Positions 49,689-49,898 of a DNA stretch of 49,898 nucleotides are shown here, piece by piece. The translations under genes and the position numbers were made by a program. How positions within the stretch are numbered: the stretch's first letter is position 1; each line of letters begins with the position of its first letter. Source of the stretch: Chromera velia (taxonomy: Eukaryota); the NCBI GenBank assembly GCA_018398765.1, contig JAHBMJ010000352.1:1-49898 (forward strand), in the 5' to 3' direction. The notes beneath the pieces were generated by a model. The model saw only the letters and a list, made by a program, of their open reading frames with translations. It was not told where the DNA came from and did not search any database.

Positions 49689-49898
49689 TGTGTGTGCTTG
49701 TGTGCATGTGCGTGTGCGTGGGTGTGTGTGTGCGTGTGTGCGTGCGTGTGTGCGTGCGTGCGTGCGTGCGTGCGTGCGTGTGTGTGTGTGTGTGTGTGTG
49801 CTGCGTTTGCGCGTGTGTGTGTGTGTGTGTGTGCGTGTGTGTGTGTGTGCGTGCGTGTGTGTGTGTGTGTGTGTGTGTGCGTGTGTATGTGTGTGTGT
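47081..49898 (+). CDS. Fructosamine/ribulosamine 3-kinase family protein with bipartite leader; 3'-truncated by the window end
   Basis: TYFMKAAG...MLEAEFLG|IKAMAETKTIKVPEPICFG...VIFEYL, GRELAAMHR...FGFDIDNSCGATPQPNKW, WAEFFDEQRLGHM. N-terminus MKMFGRLAILCPFLIVIQSVG-FL (alternative ATG at 47069). Confidence 0.88.
48710..49180 (+). repeat. (GAAT)n/(GAGT)n intronic microsatellite
   Basis: Directly visible. Confidence 0.95.
49640..49898 (+). repeat. (CT)n/(GT)n/(GCGT)n intronic microsatellite
   Basis: Directly visible. Confidence 0.95.

Overview
Eukaryotic nuclear DNA, intron-rich with microsatellite-laden introns. The style (TGCATGCA motifs, bipartite plastid-like leaders, an alveolate-type p25-alpha motif) suggests a chromerid alveolate such as Chromera velia, but this is inference only. 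The first ~4.9 kb is a decayed Penelope-like retroelement with the permuted domain order N-terminal GIY-YIG endonuclease - CxC linker - DK motif - RT (Chlamys/Naiad type). It also has an AT-hook and a 618-bp in-frame internal duplication whose copies differ only by transitions. From 11.7 kb on there are nine host genes. Eight form four head-to-head pairs: glutaredoxin-DUF547/CNNM, TSG101/isochorismatase-like, PDK1-like kinase/secreted RRL protein, and TPPP-like/TFIIE-beta. The ninth is a 3'-truncated fructosamine-3-kinase-like gene. The units are separated by AT-rich islands of decayed transposons containing nested CTAGG-ended MITEs and tiny microsatellite-tailed retro-insertions. Repeat-derived DNA shows a strong C>T/G>A bias (CpA and CpG), resembling RIP or methylation-driven hypermutation. 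Exon boundaries were read by eye and no database searches were run.
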